Source: an uncultured Candidatus Saccharibacteria bacterium (GTDB lineage: Bacteria > Patescibacteriota > Minisyncoccia > Phycocordibacterales > CAYRGE01). From it: a stretch of DNA of 21,485 nucleotides. Position numbers and translations under genes: made by a program. The stretch lies in the NCBI GenBank assembly GCA_964612415.1, contig CAZTCT010000009.1, positions 1 to 21,485 of the forward strand, given 5' to 3'. Below, piece after piece: positions 1-7,282 of this stretch. Below the pieces are notes generated by a model that saw only the letters and a list, made by a program, of their open reading frames with translations, had not been told where the DNA came from and ran no database searches. Every line of letters starts with the position of its first letter. Position 1 is the first letter of the stretch.

Positions 1-30
1 CCCATGGAGGTTCAAGTCCTCTCCCCAGCA
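1..30 (+). tRNA. 3' portion of a tRNA gene truncated by the window edge
   Basis: T-arm GGAGG/TTCAAGT/CCTCT (one G-U pair) followed by 7-nt acceptor 3' strand CCCCAGC and discriminator A; identity cannot be assigned without the anticodon. Confidence 0.4.
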
Positions 31-50
31 CCGTATAATACTAACTGCTT

Positions 51-132
51 GCCGATGTGGTGAAATTGGTAAACACGTACGCTTCAGAAGCGTATGCCGC
101 AAGGCTTGGGAGTTCAAATCTCCCCATCGGCA
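51..132 (+). tRNA. tRNA-Leu (anticodon CAG), class II with long variable arm
   Basis: Acceptor GCCGATG/CATCGGC fully paired; D-arm GTG-AAATTGGTAAA-CAC; anticodon stem TACGC/GCGTA with loop TTCAGAA (CAG); 13-nt variable arm; T-arm GGGAG-TTCAAAT-CTCCC; discriminator A; no encoded CCA. Confidence 0.85.
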
Positions 133-205
133 CTAAATATTTCTTTCTTCCCTTTTTTGTGTTACCCTCTTGCCAGTTCTTTAAATCTTTTGAGAGGAGG
201 CCCTC

Positions 206-721
206 ATGCGTGAAGTGTATATCTATGTGGCAAGCCCATACGGATTTTCTGAAGCAGGAAGATTTTTCTACTACGAAAAGCTTATCCCGATGATTGAGAG
301 GATTGGGTACAAAGTTCTTGATCCATGGAAGCTCACGGACGAAGAGATCATCCACCAAGCACAGATTGCTCCCGTGAGCCCTGAACAAGACGAACTCTGG
401 CGCAAGGCAAACGAGATCATTGGCGAGAACAATTTCACCGCAATAAACATGGCGCACATCCTTCTTGCATGCCTTGATGGGGTTGATGTTGATAGTGGCA
501 CTGCATCTGAAGCAAGCCATGCAAGCATCCAGAACAAACCTGTCATAGGATACAGAAGCGATTTTCGCCTTGCGGGCGACAACCCAGGATCCATCGTCAA
601 CCTTCAGGTGGAATATTACATCCACAGAAGCGCGCACGGTCAGGGGGTAATCATTACAACACTCACGTCCCTCGAAGAAACCCTCCGTGAGTGGTACAGA
701 AAACTGCTCATCTCTACCTAA
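206..721 (+). CDS. nucleoside 2-deoxyribosyltransferase-like (PF05014/YtoQ-like Rossmannoid) protein
   Basis: 171 aa; strong SD GAGGAGG 5 nt before ATG; N-terminal YIYVASPYGF resembles the IYLAGPFF motif; LDGVDVDSGTASEASHASIQNKPVIGY resembles the DxDSGTAxExGYAxxxGKPV catalytic Glu region of the family; followed by a strong terminator. Confidence 0.55.
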   Translation: MREVYIYVASPYGFSEAGRFFYYEKLIPMIERIGYKVLDPWKLTDEEIIHQAQIAPVSPEQDELWRKANEIIGENNFTAINMAHILLACLDGVDVDSGTASEASHASIQNKPVIGYRSDFRLAGDNPGSIVNLQVEYYIHRSAHGQGVIITTLTSLEETLREWYRKLLIST

Positions 722-754
722 AAAATCGGCCTCTCTGAGGCCGATTTTCTTTTC
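721..754 (+). terminator. rho-independent terminator after the 206..721 gene
   Basis: 9-bp stem ATCGGCCTC / GAGGCCGAT (loop TCTG) followed by TTTTCTTTTC. Confidence 0.7.
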
Positions 755-772
755 TCACTCTCACTTGGGATG

Positions 773-801
773 TTGACTTTTTGCCATTTTTATAATATAA
801 T
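773..801 (+). promoter_or_regulatory. consensus sigma70-type promoter for the 858..2839 operon
   Basis: TTGACT (773-778), 17-nt spacer, TATAAT (796-801); downstream SD GGAGG 7 nt before ATG 858. Confidence 0.6.
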
Positions 802-857
802 TAATAACAGTTTTGCCCTTTGAAATTCCTGAATAAACAACCGATTGGAGGTGTGAG

Positions 858-1943
858 ATGGATACAACTAGTCTTGTTGCGGCAAGTTTGACTGCTGGGT
901 CATTTCTGGCAGGGCTCCAAACCCTACCCGAGGGACGGACTTTGGTCGTCAAATTTCTTGGTGGTGCTTTTGCAGTAAAGTTGTCGTACAGGGATCACAA
1001 ATTTCGATATCTGTGCGAACGATACAATCTTAAGCCCGACATCCATTACAGAGAAATTCCCAACCTCAGAGAGGATTACCGACATAAATGGGATATCCTT
1101 GAGCTCACACGAGCAGGAGTTACTGAAATTGAGTCACACTGGCGTGCCAGAATAAATTTCGGCGGCTTAGTGTGGGTTGGACCTTGGCCATTCTTTAAAG
1201 AAGACCGCCAACGATTCTCGTGGGTATCTTACGAACAGACCCGTCAGCAAGACGGGACGGTAGTGGATAAATTCGTTGGAAGAGAGCAGCTACAGGGATT
1301 CTTGCTCGCACAAAAGGATATCTACGCATCAGACATTAAAACAGTGTTGACTGCAGATAATTACCCAGTAGATGTCCTTATTCTGATGGATATTCATGTG
1401 GTAAATCCGTATAAAGCACGATTCCGGACACAGCATTGGCTTGAATACATTCATAACAATGTGCGCCCCATTATTCGTGCATACATACAGTCACATGAAT
1501 ACATACACCTTGCAAAAGAAGGTGGTGCAAGCGAAGAAGAACTCATGAAGCTTCTTCATGGGGAAAGAACTTCTACAAAAGGCGCTCATACCAACAAGAA
1601 AAACCTCTTGCAAGAATTTCTGGAGGCGAATGGTGCAAGTGTAAATAGTGTGAGAATCCTTGACATAGATCCAAACGAAAAGTACCAGAATATTCTCCTT
1701 TTAAAGGCTACCGGCCAAGCAGAAGCAGATCGTATACGCGCTAAGTACGAAGCAATAAAAGACTACGGCTCGAATGGCCTGCACATGCAATTCAATGAAG
1801 CTATCATTGAGGCATCAAAAGGCAATGCAAGTCTTTCTCTTTTTGCAGGTGACCGCACAGACGATTCTCGCATACTGCAAACGGCGGCTCAGCGCATCAT
1901 TAGTGAGCCCATGTCTATACACGCAGCAAGGAGACAGGCATGA
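858..1943 (+). CDS. SPFH/band 7 (stomatin/prohibitin/flotillin-like) domain membrane protein
   Basis: 361 aa; N-terminal hydrophobic anchor; TADNYPVDVLILMDIHVVNPYKARF resembles the SPFH T-x-D-N...v-x-y-r-V-x-dP-x-ka-x-f block; VRILDIDPNE then AEADRIRAKYEAIKDYG coiled/Ala-Glu-rich C-terminal part typical of band-7 proteins; stop overlaps next start (ATGA). Confidence 0.5.
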   Translation: MDTTSLVAASLTAGSFLAGLQTLPEGRTLVVKFLGGAFAVKLSYRDHKFRYLCERYNLKPDIHYREIPNLREDYRHKWDILELTRAGVTEIESHWRARINFGGLVWVGPWPFFKEDRQRFSWVSYEQTRQQDGTVVDKFVGREQLQGFLLAQKDIYASDIKTVLTADNYPVDVLILMDIHVVNPYKARFRTQHWLEYIHNNVRPIIRAYIQSHEYIHLAKEGGASEEELMKLLHGERTSTKGAHTNKKNLLQEFLEANGASVNSVRILDIDPNEKYQNILLLKATGQAEADRIRAKYEAIKDYGSNGLHMQFNEAIIEASKGNASLSLFAGDRTDDSRILQTAAQRIISEPMSIHAARRQA

Positions 1944-2839
1944 ACAGTGATTTGATTATTGTACTAGCAATCATCGCTGTAGTACTTTTCCTCAAGTGGT
2001 ACCCTATCTTGTGGCAAAGTGAGGAACCTACTAAAGGAAACGGAAAGGGTCTATCCCTCCTTGCTTCCGAGCTAGCAAAAAAGGCAGCTTCGTCTGGCTT
2101 CGTAGGCGTCTTGCTCATGATAGGTGGGATATTGTTGATGTTTTGGCAGCTTTTCCCTGACGCATGGAACTGGACGAATGAAGATAGCCACGCCGGTATT
2201 TTCTGGTCTGGACTCGTGCTTTTACTTCTTGTAATCGCATGGAGCACTTTCTCTGGGAACACAAGGTTTGTAATGTTCATTTTTGGTGTAGGCGCTTTGA
2301 TTTTGTTTAGCAAAGGACTCTATACAACCCTCTCCGATGAAGGACATGTAGGCGCATGTAAAGGCAAAAAAGGCGCTGAGCTCTCTCAGTGTGTTACCAG
2401 GCAGAAAACAGCTAGCAACACAACGAGAAACTCCCCGCCCGCAGCAAAGTCTTACTCCGCCACCACGATGCCAACATTCTGTTGGCGCCGAGAGCACATA
2501 GGGCCCGGTGCAAACCAGTCCACTTCTAGCAAGCCAGACTGCAGCGCCATTGTGACATATTTCAAGTACGAGAAGTCGCCAGACGACAACGTGTTTGTAC
2601 AACTTGAATATAAGTTACATGGAGCATCTGGAGTCGCAACTTTAGACACCCGGGTGAACCCCAATGTCGGTGGATGGACGCTCATGTCAGCAGATGGTCA
2701 GCAACTAGACGGCGGTGTATTTAAGATCGCCGAAGATGGAGATGGATATTCAGGAACCATGATTTCCTATTACGACGAGCGTGGCAATTTATTGCCCCGT
2801 GGAGAGTATGGGCAACTGCCCATAACAATTTCGTTTTAG
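1940..2839 (+). CDS. polytopic membrane protein (about 4 TM helices) with C-terminal extracytoplasmic domain; possible NfeD-like partner of the SPFH protein
   Basis: 299 aa; translationally coupled to the SPFH gene (4-bp overlap); SD AGGAG 8 nt upstream; four hydrophobic helices in the first 135 aa, then a soluble Gly/Asp-rich domain; NfeD assignment is by operon analogy only. Confidence 0.55.
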   Translation: MNSDLIIVLAIIAVVLFLKWYPILWQSEEPTKGNGKGLSLLASELAKKAASSGFVGVLLMIGGILLMFWQLFPDAWNWTNEDSHAGIFWSGLVLLLLVIAWSTFSGNTRFVMFIFGVGALILFSKGLYTTLSDEGHVGACKGKKGAELSQCVTRQKTASNTTRNSPPAAKSYSATTMPTFCWRREHIGPGANQSTSSKPDCSAIVTYFKYEKSPDDNVFVQLEYKLHGASGVATLDTRVNPNVGGWTLMSADGQQLDGGVFKIAEDGDGYSGTMISYYDERGNLLPRGEYGQLPITISF

Positions 2840-2849
2840 GAATTTGTCA

Positions 2850-2914
2850 CAGCTCGTCGCGTCTGAACAAAATATCGTTCAGACAGGAAAAAGCGACGAG
2901 CTGTTTTTCTTTTC
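2850..2914 (+). terminator. rho-independent terminator (nested hairpins) after the 1940..2839 gene
   Basis: Outer perfect 11-bp stem CAGCTCGTCGC / GCGACGAGCTG enclosing an inner 8-bp hairpin GTCTGAAC / GTTCAGAC, followed by TTTTTCTTTTC. Confidence 0.65.
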
Positions 2915-2924
2915 ATACAAAAAG

Positions 2925-2953
2925 AAAAAGCCTCGCGAATGCGAGGCCTTTTC
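2925..2953. terminator. bidirectional rho-independent terminator between convergent genes
   Basis: AAAAAG-CCTCGCG-AAT-GCGAGGC-CTTTT; A-run on one side and T-run on the other serve both the + operon and the minus-strand pilin-like array. Confidence 0.65.
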
Positions 2954-2968
2954 TAGAAAGTGGAGATT

Positions 2969-3265
2969 TTAGCGGAAGCACCTAGGGATTTGGTCCGTAA
3001 TGCCCGAATCAGCTCCAACCATCCGCGCGAGCAAACACATGATTGCAAATACAGCCATCATTAGGAACATTCCAACAATTCCCCACACCATGTGTCTTTT
3101 CCCTTTATCGCGCCCTTCGTCACTTTCCCCACTTCTTATGAAGTCAGCAACCCCCCAGAGAAAGAATACTACTGCTGCTGCGAAGAAGAATGTAATTAGT
3201 GGGTTTACGATATTATCGTAGAGCTTAACCATGAACCCACTGATATCAAACACTTGCGCTTCCAT
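2969..3265 (-). CDS. small two-helix membrane protein, VirB2/TrbC (T4SS pilin)-like paralog 6 (no signal peptide)
   Basis: 98 aa; hydrophobic helix FFFAAAVVFFLWGVADFI, charged loop RSGESDEGRDKGKR, second helix HMVWGIVGMFLMMAVFAIMCLL; C-terminal GITDQIPRCF motif shared with the 4260..4529 paralog. Confidence 0.6.
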   Translation of the reverse strand: MEAQVFDISGFMVKLYDNIVNPLITFFFAAAVVFFLWGVADFIRSGESDEGRDKGKRHMVWGIVGMFLMMAVFAIMCLLARMVGADSGITDQIPRCFR

Positions 3266-3300
3266 GCAATAATATTTCTTTGAAAGTTAGCGTGAGCTAG

Positions 3301-3669
3301 TTAGGGAAAGATAGGTGTTGGCGTTGTAGGTGCAGTCTGTGTTGAGTTATCAAGTGCAAGCTGGTTAGTAAGCAATGCTACCAAACCCCAGACAGACACC
3401 ATAACAGCGATTGCAACAATACCCCAAATGATCTTGCCGCGACCAGCTTTTTGCTTTTCAGCATCATCACCAGCAGTAACGTACTGGAATACACCGATGA
3501 TGAAAAGAAGGACTGCGAGCGCGATGATGAACGGAATCAACGCATTGATAAAGTTGTAGATCAGCTCAAGCAAGCCAGAAAGCGTTGTTACCGCAAATGC
3601 GACTGCAGGAGTAGCGAGTGCAAGTGCTGTAAGCGCTGCAAGAGCTGTTCCTTTTTGTGTACCTTTCAT
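3301..3669 (-). CDS. small secreted/membrane protein, VirB2/TrbC (T4SS pilin)-like paralog 5 (with signal peptide)
   Basis: 122 aa; signal peptide ending AVAFA; helix LIPFIIALAVLLFIIGVFQYVTAG, loop DDAEKQKAGRGK, helix IIWGIVAIAVMVSVWGLVALL; Pro/Thr-rich C-terminal tail. Confidence 0.6.
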   Translation of the reverse strand: MKGTQKGTALAALTALALATPAVAFAVTTLSGLLELIYNFINALIPFIIALAVLLFIIGVFQYVTAGDDAEKQKAGRGKIIWGIVAIAVMVSVWGLVALLTNQLALDNSTQTAPTTPTPIFP

Positions 3670-3769
3670 GAATAAAAAGTATGAAGATTAATGAATAAGC
3701 TAATAAGACCGTGCCCTAAATTTCCTGAACGCGCTTACGCGCATATCAGCAGCAAAAATGCCTTTTTAT

Positions 3770-3798
3770 ATGATATACAGAGTGAGGTTTTTGAGCAA
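3770..3798 (-). promoter_or_regulatory. candidate internal promoter of the pilin-like array (for 3301..3669 and downstream)
   Basis: On the minus strand TTGCTC (3798-3793), 15-16 nt spacer, TATATC (3775-3770), inside the only long (156 bp) intergenic gap of the array. Confidence 0.3.
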
Positions 3799-3825
3799 CC
3801 AGCAATGTGGATAGCTCGCGGGAAC

Positions 3826-4203
3826 TTACGGAATTGGCAAAACAGGGACATCAGGCACATTTGAATTGCTATCCTCAAGGCCAAAAGTAAGAAGGAGCAT
3901 GTTCACCAGACCCCATACTGACACCATCACCGCAAGACCAATGACCCCGTAGATGATAAGATCGCGCCCTTTCTTTCGAGCCTCTTCATTGTCCCCCGCC
4001 GCGACATACCGCAACACCCCAATGAGGAAAAGAAGTACTGCAAGACCGATGATGAGCCCTATTAATCCTTGCGCGATAGACCAAATGACACCGATAGCGC
4101 CCTGAATAGTGCCATCTCCTGCAGATCCTCCCGAAGTGAATGTAATGGTGGGGTCAGGGCCTCCGCCCGCTAACAAGTTGCTCAAATGTATTGAAAGATT
4201 CAT
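3826..4203 (-). CDS. small two-helix membrane protein, VirB2/TrbC (T4SS pilin)-like paralog 4
   Basis: 125 aa; Gly-rich N-terminal region without a classical signal peptide; helix IGLIIGLAVLLFLIGVLRYVAAG, loop DNEEARKKGRD, helix LIIYGVIGLAVMVSVWGLVNML; Pro-rich tail DVPVLPIP. Confidence 0.6.
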   Translation of the reverse strand: MNLSIHLSNLLAGGGPDPTITFTSGGSAGDGTIQGAIGVIWSIAQGLIGLIIGLAVLLFLIGVLRYVAAGDNEEARKKGRDLIIYGVIGLAVMVSVWGLVNMLLLTFGLEDSNSNVPDVPVLPIP

Positions 4204-4259
4204 AGTGCTTCTATTATCGCATGTAGCAACCGCCGTTAAAAAGTCCTCCTGTGTATAGC

Positions 4260-4529
4260 TTAAAATCCGGGAATAACATTATCTATCCCGAATGACGTGG
4301 TAATCAAACTTACCAACCCCCACACAGACATCATCACCGCAAGCCCAATAAGCCCAAAAATGATCTGATTTCTCCCCTTTGTGCGCTCCGATTCGTTCTC
4401 TCCAGATTTGATAAAGTTGACCACCCCGATGAAGAAATAAAGCACCGCGAGCGCTACAAAAAGCGCAGTGAGGGGAGAAAAAATGCCTTCAATGACGGCC
4501 TGGACTAGTGATTTGAAGTCAGTGATCAT
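4260..4529 (-). CDS. small two-helix membrane protein, VirB2/TrbC (T4SS pilin)-like paralog 3 (no signal peptide)
   Basis: 89 aa; helix LTALFVALAVLYFFIGVVNFIKSG, loop ENESERTKGRNQ, helix IIFGLIGLAVMMSVWGLVSLI; C-terminal GIDNVIPGF. Confidence 0.6.
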   Translation of the reverse strand: MITDFKSLVQAVIEGIFSPLTALFVALAVLYFFIGVVNFIKSGENESERTKGRNQIIFGLIGLAVMMSVWGLVSLITTSFGIDNVIPGF

Positions 4530-4531
4530 AT

Positions 4532-4903
4532 TTATTGAAGTGAATTAATGGTCTGGGTGATTACATTTGAAAGCACCTGTGCGCCAACGAGGATCGCAGT
4601 ACCTATAATCGCCCCTACAAAAGCACGCTTTGCGGTAGCAAGCTGCTGCTCGTTGCCCTTTGCCGTCACGAACATAAATCCTGCATAAATGAGGAATATT
4701 GCTGCAACAGGTATGCCAATAGTGATGATTATATCAATAATGGCTTTAATAAAATCTGGGAACGTAGGAACATTGATGGGGTTTTCGATCCCCCCGGCCG
4801 CAGCAAGTGACACTCTCGCCCACGTGAAAAATACCGCAAACGCACTCGTGATAATTGCTGCAAATTTGTTCAGGCTCTTCCTCATATTTTTTGTGTTAAG
4901 CAA
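4532..4903 (-). CDS. small secreted/membrane protein, VirB2/TrbC/TraA (T4SS pilin)-like paralog 2
   Basis: ORF-track start is TTG (4903); an in-frame ATG at 4885 gives MRKSLNKFAAIITSAFAVFFTWARVSLA as a signal peptide; helix IPVAAIFLIYAGFMFVTAKGNEQQ, loop, helix AFVGAIIGTAILVGAQVL; FMFVTAKGNE resembles the F-pilin TraA MYMMTKN motif. Confidence 0.6.
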   Translation of the reverse strand: MLNTKNMRKSLNKFAAIITSAFAVFFTWARVSLAAAGGIENPINVPTFPDFIKAIIDIIITIGIPVAAIFLIYAGFMFVTAKGNEQQLATAKRAFVGAIIGTAILVGAQVLSNVITQTINSLQ

Positions 4904-4950
4904 GCTCCATTATATCAGAATAAACTACCCTTTTTGGACATGGTGGGGAT

Positions 4951-5334
4951 TTATGGCGACAGATAATCGGCAGGGTTAAATCCACCTGGCCTGTCAAGAG
5001 ATGTAACAATAAAGTTGACAATCAGCCACGCAGAGAGTGCAATAACAAACCCAATAAATACATAGACAAAGATGCTCTTCGCTTTTGCGTGCTGAGCTTC
5101 ATTCCCTTTTGCGGTCATGTACATGAACCCTGCAACGGCAAAAGAGAGCGCGGCAAGAGGAGCGGCAATATCAAATATCAGAAAATTTATGACTCTTTGC
5201 GCCAAGATCACGAGGTCCTCAAAACTACAGTCTGGACCGTTGCAAGGCACAAGCTGCGCGTGCGCAGCTATGGGAATAAGCAGAACGATCAGAGTGACAG
5301 AAAGTATCGGAGCAAATAAGATGTATTTTTTCAT
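4951..5334 (-). CDS. small secreted/membrane protein, VirB2/TrbC/TraA (T4SS pilin)-like paralog 1
   Basis: 127 aa; signal peptide MKKYILFAPILSVTLIVLLIPIAAHA; helix IAAPLAALSFAVAGFMYMTAKGNE, loop AQHAKAKS, helix IFVYVFIGFVIALSAWLIVNFIV; starts 2 bp after the upstream gene. Confidence 0.6.
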   Translation of the reverse strand: MKKYILFAPILSVTLIVLLIPIAAHAQLVPCNGPDCSFEDLVILAQRVINFLIFDIAAPLAALSFAVAGFMYMTAKGNEAQHAKAKSIFVYVFIGFVIALSAWLIVNFIVTSLDRPGGFNPADYLSP

Positions 5335-5336
5335 AT

Positions 5337-6674
5337 TTACTCAATTTGAAGTGATCTAAATAGCTGGTCAAACTTCTGTCGTGCGCTACTGATAGCATTG
5401 AGGACCCTTTTCTCGTCGGACCCTACGTCATTCACAAGCTGTGCAAAAATATTATTTGTTTGTATTGGATCTGGATCAAACCAACTCTTGCTGATAAGTG
5501 CTGAACGGTAGAAGATGCTTGCTCGAGGATCTGTTCCAGGTGGAGCCGCGATCAATGCCTTTTGCGCAGGGGCCATGCTTTCCATTTGAGCAAAATTTTT
5601 GACTGCAGGAGAGTACGCAAGCCCTGTTGCCACCGCAAGAGTAAGGGGAGTGCCTTTTCCCTTGAGAATTGAGAGTCCGTACATGCGTCCAAAAGTAGTA
5701 GAGATGGTACTTCCTTCAAGTTGTGGCAGTATCGCAACGTCAAAATCTAGATGCGGATTCCTGCGAGCAATTTCGGGTGCTTCGCTTGCAAGCCCAAAGT
5801 AAATGGCAAGTTTCCCTGATGCAAACATTTCTTGAGCATCAGACAAGGAACGATTCCATGTGTAAGCAGGGCTGCTCTCTTTTGCAAATTGCAAATAAAA
5901 ACGCAGTACTGATGCTAGTGGCGCCTCACTTTCTCTGCTTGTAGCATCCTGCCCAAAATAAAGAGTTATCTTCCCTGTCGCTGGGTCACGCGCAATGATA
6001 CGATCTCCCGCCTGCAGCAAGAACGCTGAGAGAATCTCTTTTGCATCTGGAATATTCACATACTCCCCGAGACTAACCGCACTTTGCGCAATGCTCTTTG
6101 TGATTGGGTCAGAGAAGATAGTAAGCTGCGGAACAAGGGCGAAAAATTCCTCCCATTTCTCTGGCGGCCTGACAAGCCCCGCAGAAGAAAAGATGGAGCG
6201 ATTCCAGTACATGACGAGTGGGTCAACCACAAGGGGTAATGCTGCTACTTGATTGCTTGTTAGGTACATCTCACTTTGAGGAATGAAAGTGTCTTGAAAA
6301 TCTCGAATAGAGAGAACAAGCGGTTGTATCTTGAGTTGATGTCTTAAAAATCTATCTTGTGGAATGAGTATTATGTCAGGACCTGTGCCAACGGCGATTG
6401 CTTCAGCAAGCTGTCTATCTATGGTATCAGCAGTCTTCTCAACGTAATTCAGCGAGAGTTTCGTATCGTTTGGAAATGCCTCCTTCACAAGATCGTTAAA
6501 GTTATCCGCCGAGAGTGTACCCCATACAGTAACAGTACCCACCAGCCCTTGATCTTTTTTAGTCTCACTGGCAAACCATCCAAGCGAGAACGCCATCATG
6601 GCAAAAAAGGCGAAAAAGGCGAACGCACCTATGAGCGCTACCTGGAAAGGACTAAGTGACTTGAGTGAATTCAT
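5337..6674 (-). CDS. membrane-anchored extracellular solute-binding protein (SBP family 1-like); no cognate permease or ATPase in window
   Basis: 445 aa; N-terminal TM anchor; TVTVWGTLSADNFNDLVKEAFPNDTKLSLNYVEKTADTIDRQLAEAIAVGTGPDIILIPQD matches the start of family-1 SBPs (tvW...y..kl.ta.aag.gPDv). Confidence 0.5.
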   Translation of the reverse strand: MNSLKSLSPFQVALIGAFAFFAFFAMMAFSLGWFASETKKDQGLVGTVTVWGTLSADNFNDLVKEAFPNDTKLSLNYVEKTADTIDRQLAEAIAVGTGPDIILIPQDRFLRHQLKIQPLVLSIRDFQDTFIPQSEMYLTSNQVAALPLVVDPLVMYWNRSIFSSAGLVRPPEKWEEFFALVPQLTIFSDPITKSIAQSAVSLGEYVNIPDAKEILSAFLLQAGDRIIARDPATGKITLYFGQDATSRESEAPLASVLRFYLQFAKESSPAYTWNRSLSDAQEMFASGKLAIYFGLASEAPEIARRNPHLDFDVAILPQLEGSTISTTFGRMYGLSILKGKGTPLTLAVATGLAYSPAVKNFAQMESMAPAQKALIAAPPGTDPRASIFYRSALISKSWFDPDPIQTNNIFAQLVNDVGSDEKRVLNAISSARQKFDQLFRSLQIE

Positions 6675-6676
6675 AA

Positions 6677-7282
6677 CTATTGTCGCGCGCCATACTGATT
6701 GTTAAATGATATCGCCGCTCCGTTTGCTCCCGCCTTCTTAACAATGAATCCGTAATGCTGTCTTCCTGGCGCAATATCTTTTTCAAAAGAAAACCCTTTT
6801 GCTAAAAAGAGATGCTTGGCTTGATCTGCGGACAAAACCGCGCCCGCTTCAGGGCCCATCCCTCCATAAGACTCTTTCCAGTCAATCACAAGGACCTTGC
6901 CCCCTGGTTTTAAAATACGATCTATCTCAGAAACTGAGCCCTCCTTGTCCTCAAGCTGGAAAAGCACATTGGAAGCAATGACTGCGTCAACACTACTATC
7001 CGCAAGCTTTGTGCCTCCACGCCTCTCGATGTCACCCCATATTGCTTCAACATTTGAAAGCCCCTCTTTGGAAGCAGCGTTCTTCACGCGAATTGCCAAA
7101 TCTTTCTGCACTTCAATTGCATACACTTTGCCAAAATCGCGCACGCGACGAGCTGCTGCAACGGTGTACGCACCAGAGCCGGCGCCAAGATCGGCGACCG
7201 TCATATGTGCAGTCAGTCCAAATTGCTCCAGATTTTTATCCGGATCGGAAAACATTGCTTGTATTATATCTCCTAAAGACAA
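6677..7282 (-). CDS. class I SAM-dependent methyltransferase
   Basis: Motif [13 protein letters not shown] and post-motif [12 protein letters not shown]; ORF-track start is TTG (7282, overlapping the gyrA stop by 10 bp); alternative ATG at 7255 gives no overlap. Confidence 0.7.
   Translation of the reverse strand: MSLGDIIQAMFSDPDKNLEQFGLTAHMTVADLGAGSGAYTVAAARRVRDFGKVYAIEVQKDLAIRVKNAASKEGLSNVEAIWGDIERRGGTKLADSSVDAVIASNVLFQLEDKEGSVSEIDRILKPGGKVLVIDWKESYGGMGPEAGAVLSADQAKHLFLAKGFSFEKDIAPGRQHYGFIVKKAGANGAAISFNNQYGARQ

Noticed and set aside
3451-3675. Cys-rich 74-aa plus-strand ORF (CKCCKRCKSC)
   Set aside because: It is the antisense reading of an Ala/Leu-rich pilin-like gene. GCA/GCT codons read backwards yield TGC, so the Cys-richness is an artefact.
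2969-5334. CRISPR array or other periodic repeat structure among the small-gene cluster
   Set aside because: Similarity is at the protein-paralog level, with variable spacing and lengths. No short identical direct repeats at regular intervals were seen anywhere in the window.
133-7282. Calling the tRNA-Leu-proximal region a defined genomic island or prophage
   Set aside because: No integrase, no repeat of the tRNA-Leu 3' end was found by eye, and there is no obvious compositional break. Kept only as a hypothesis in the findings.
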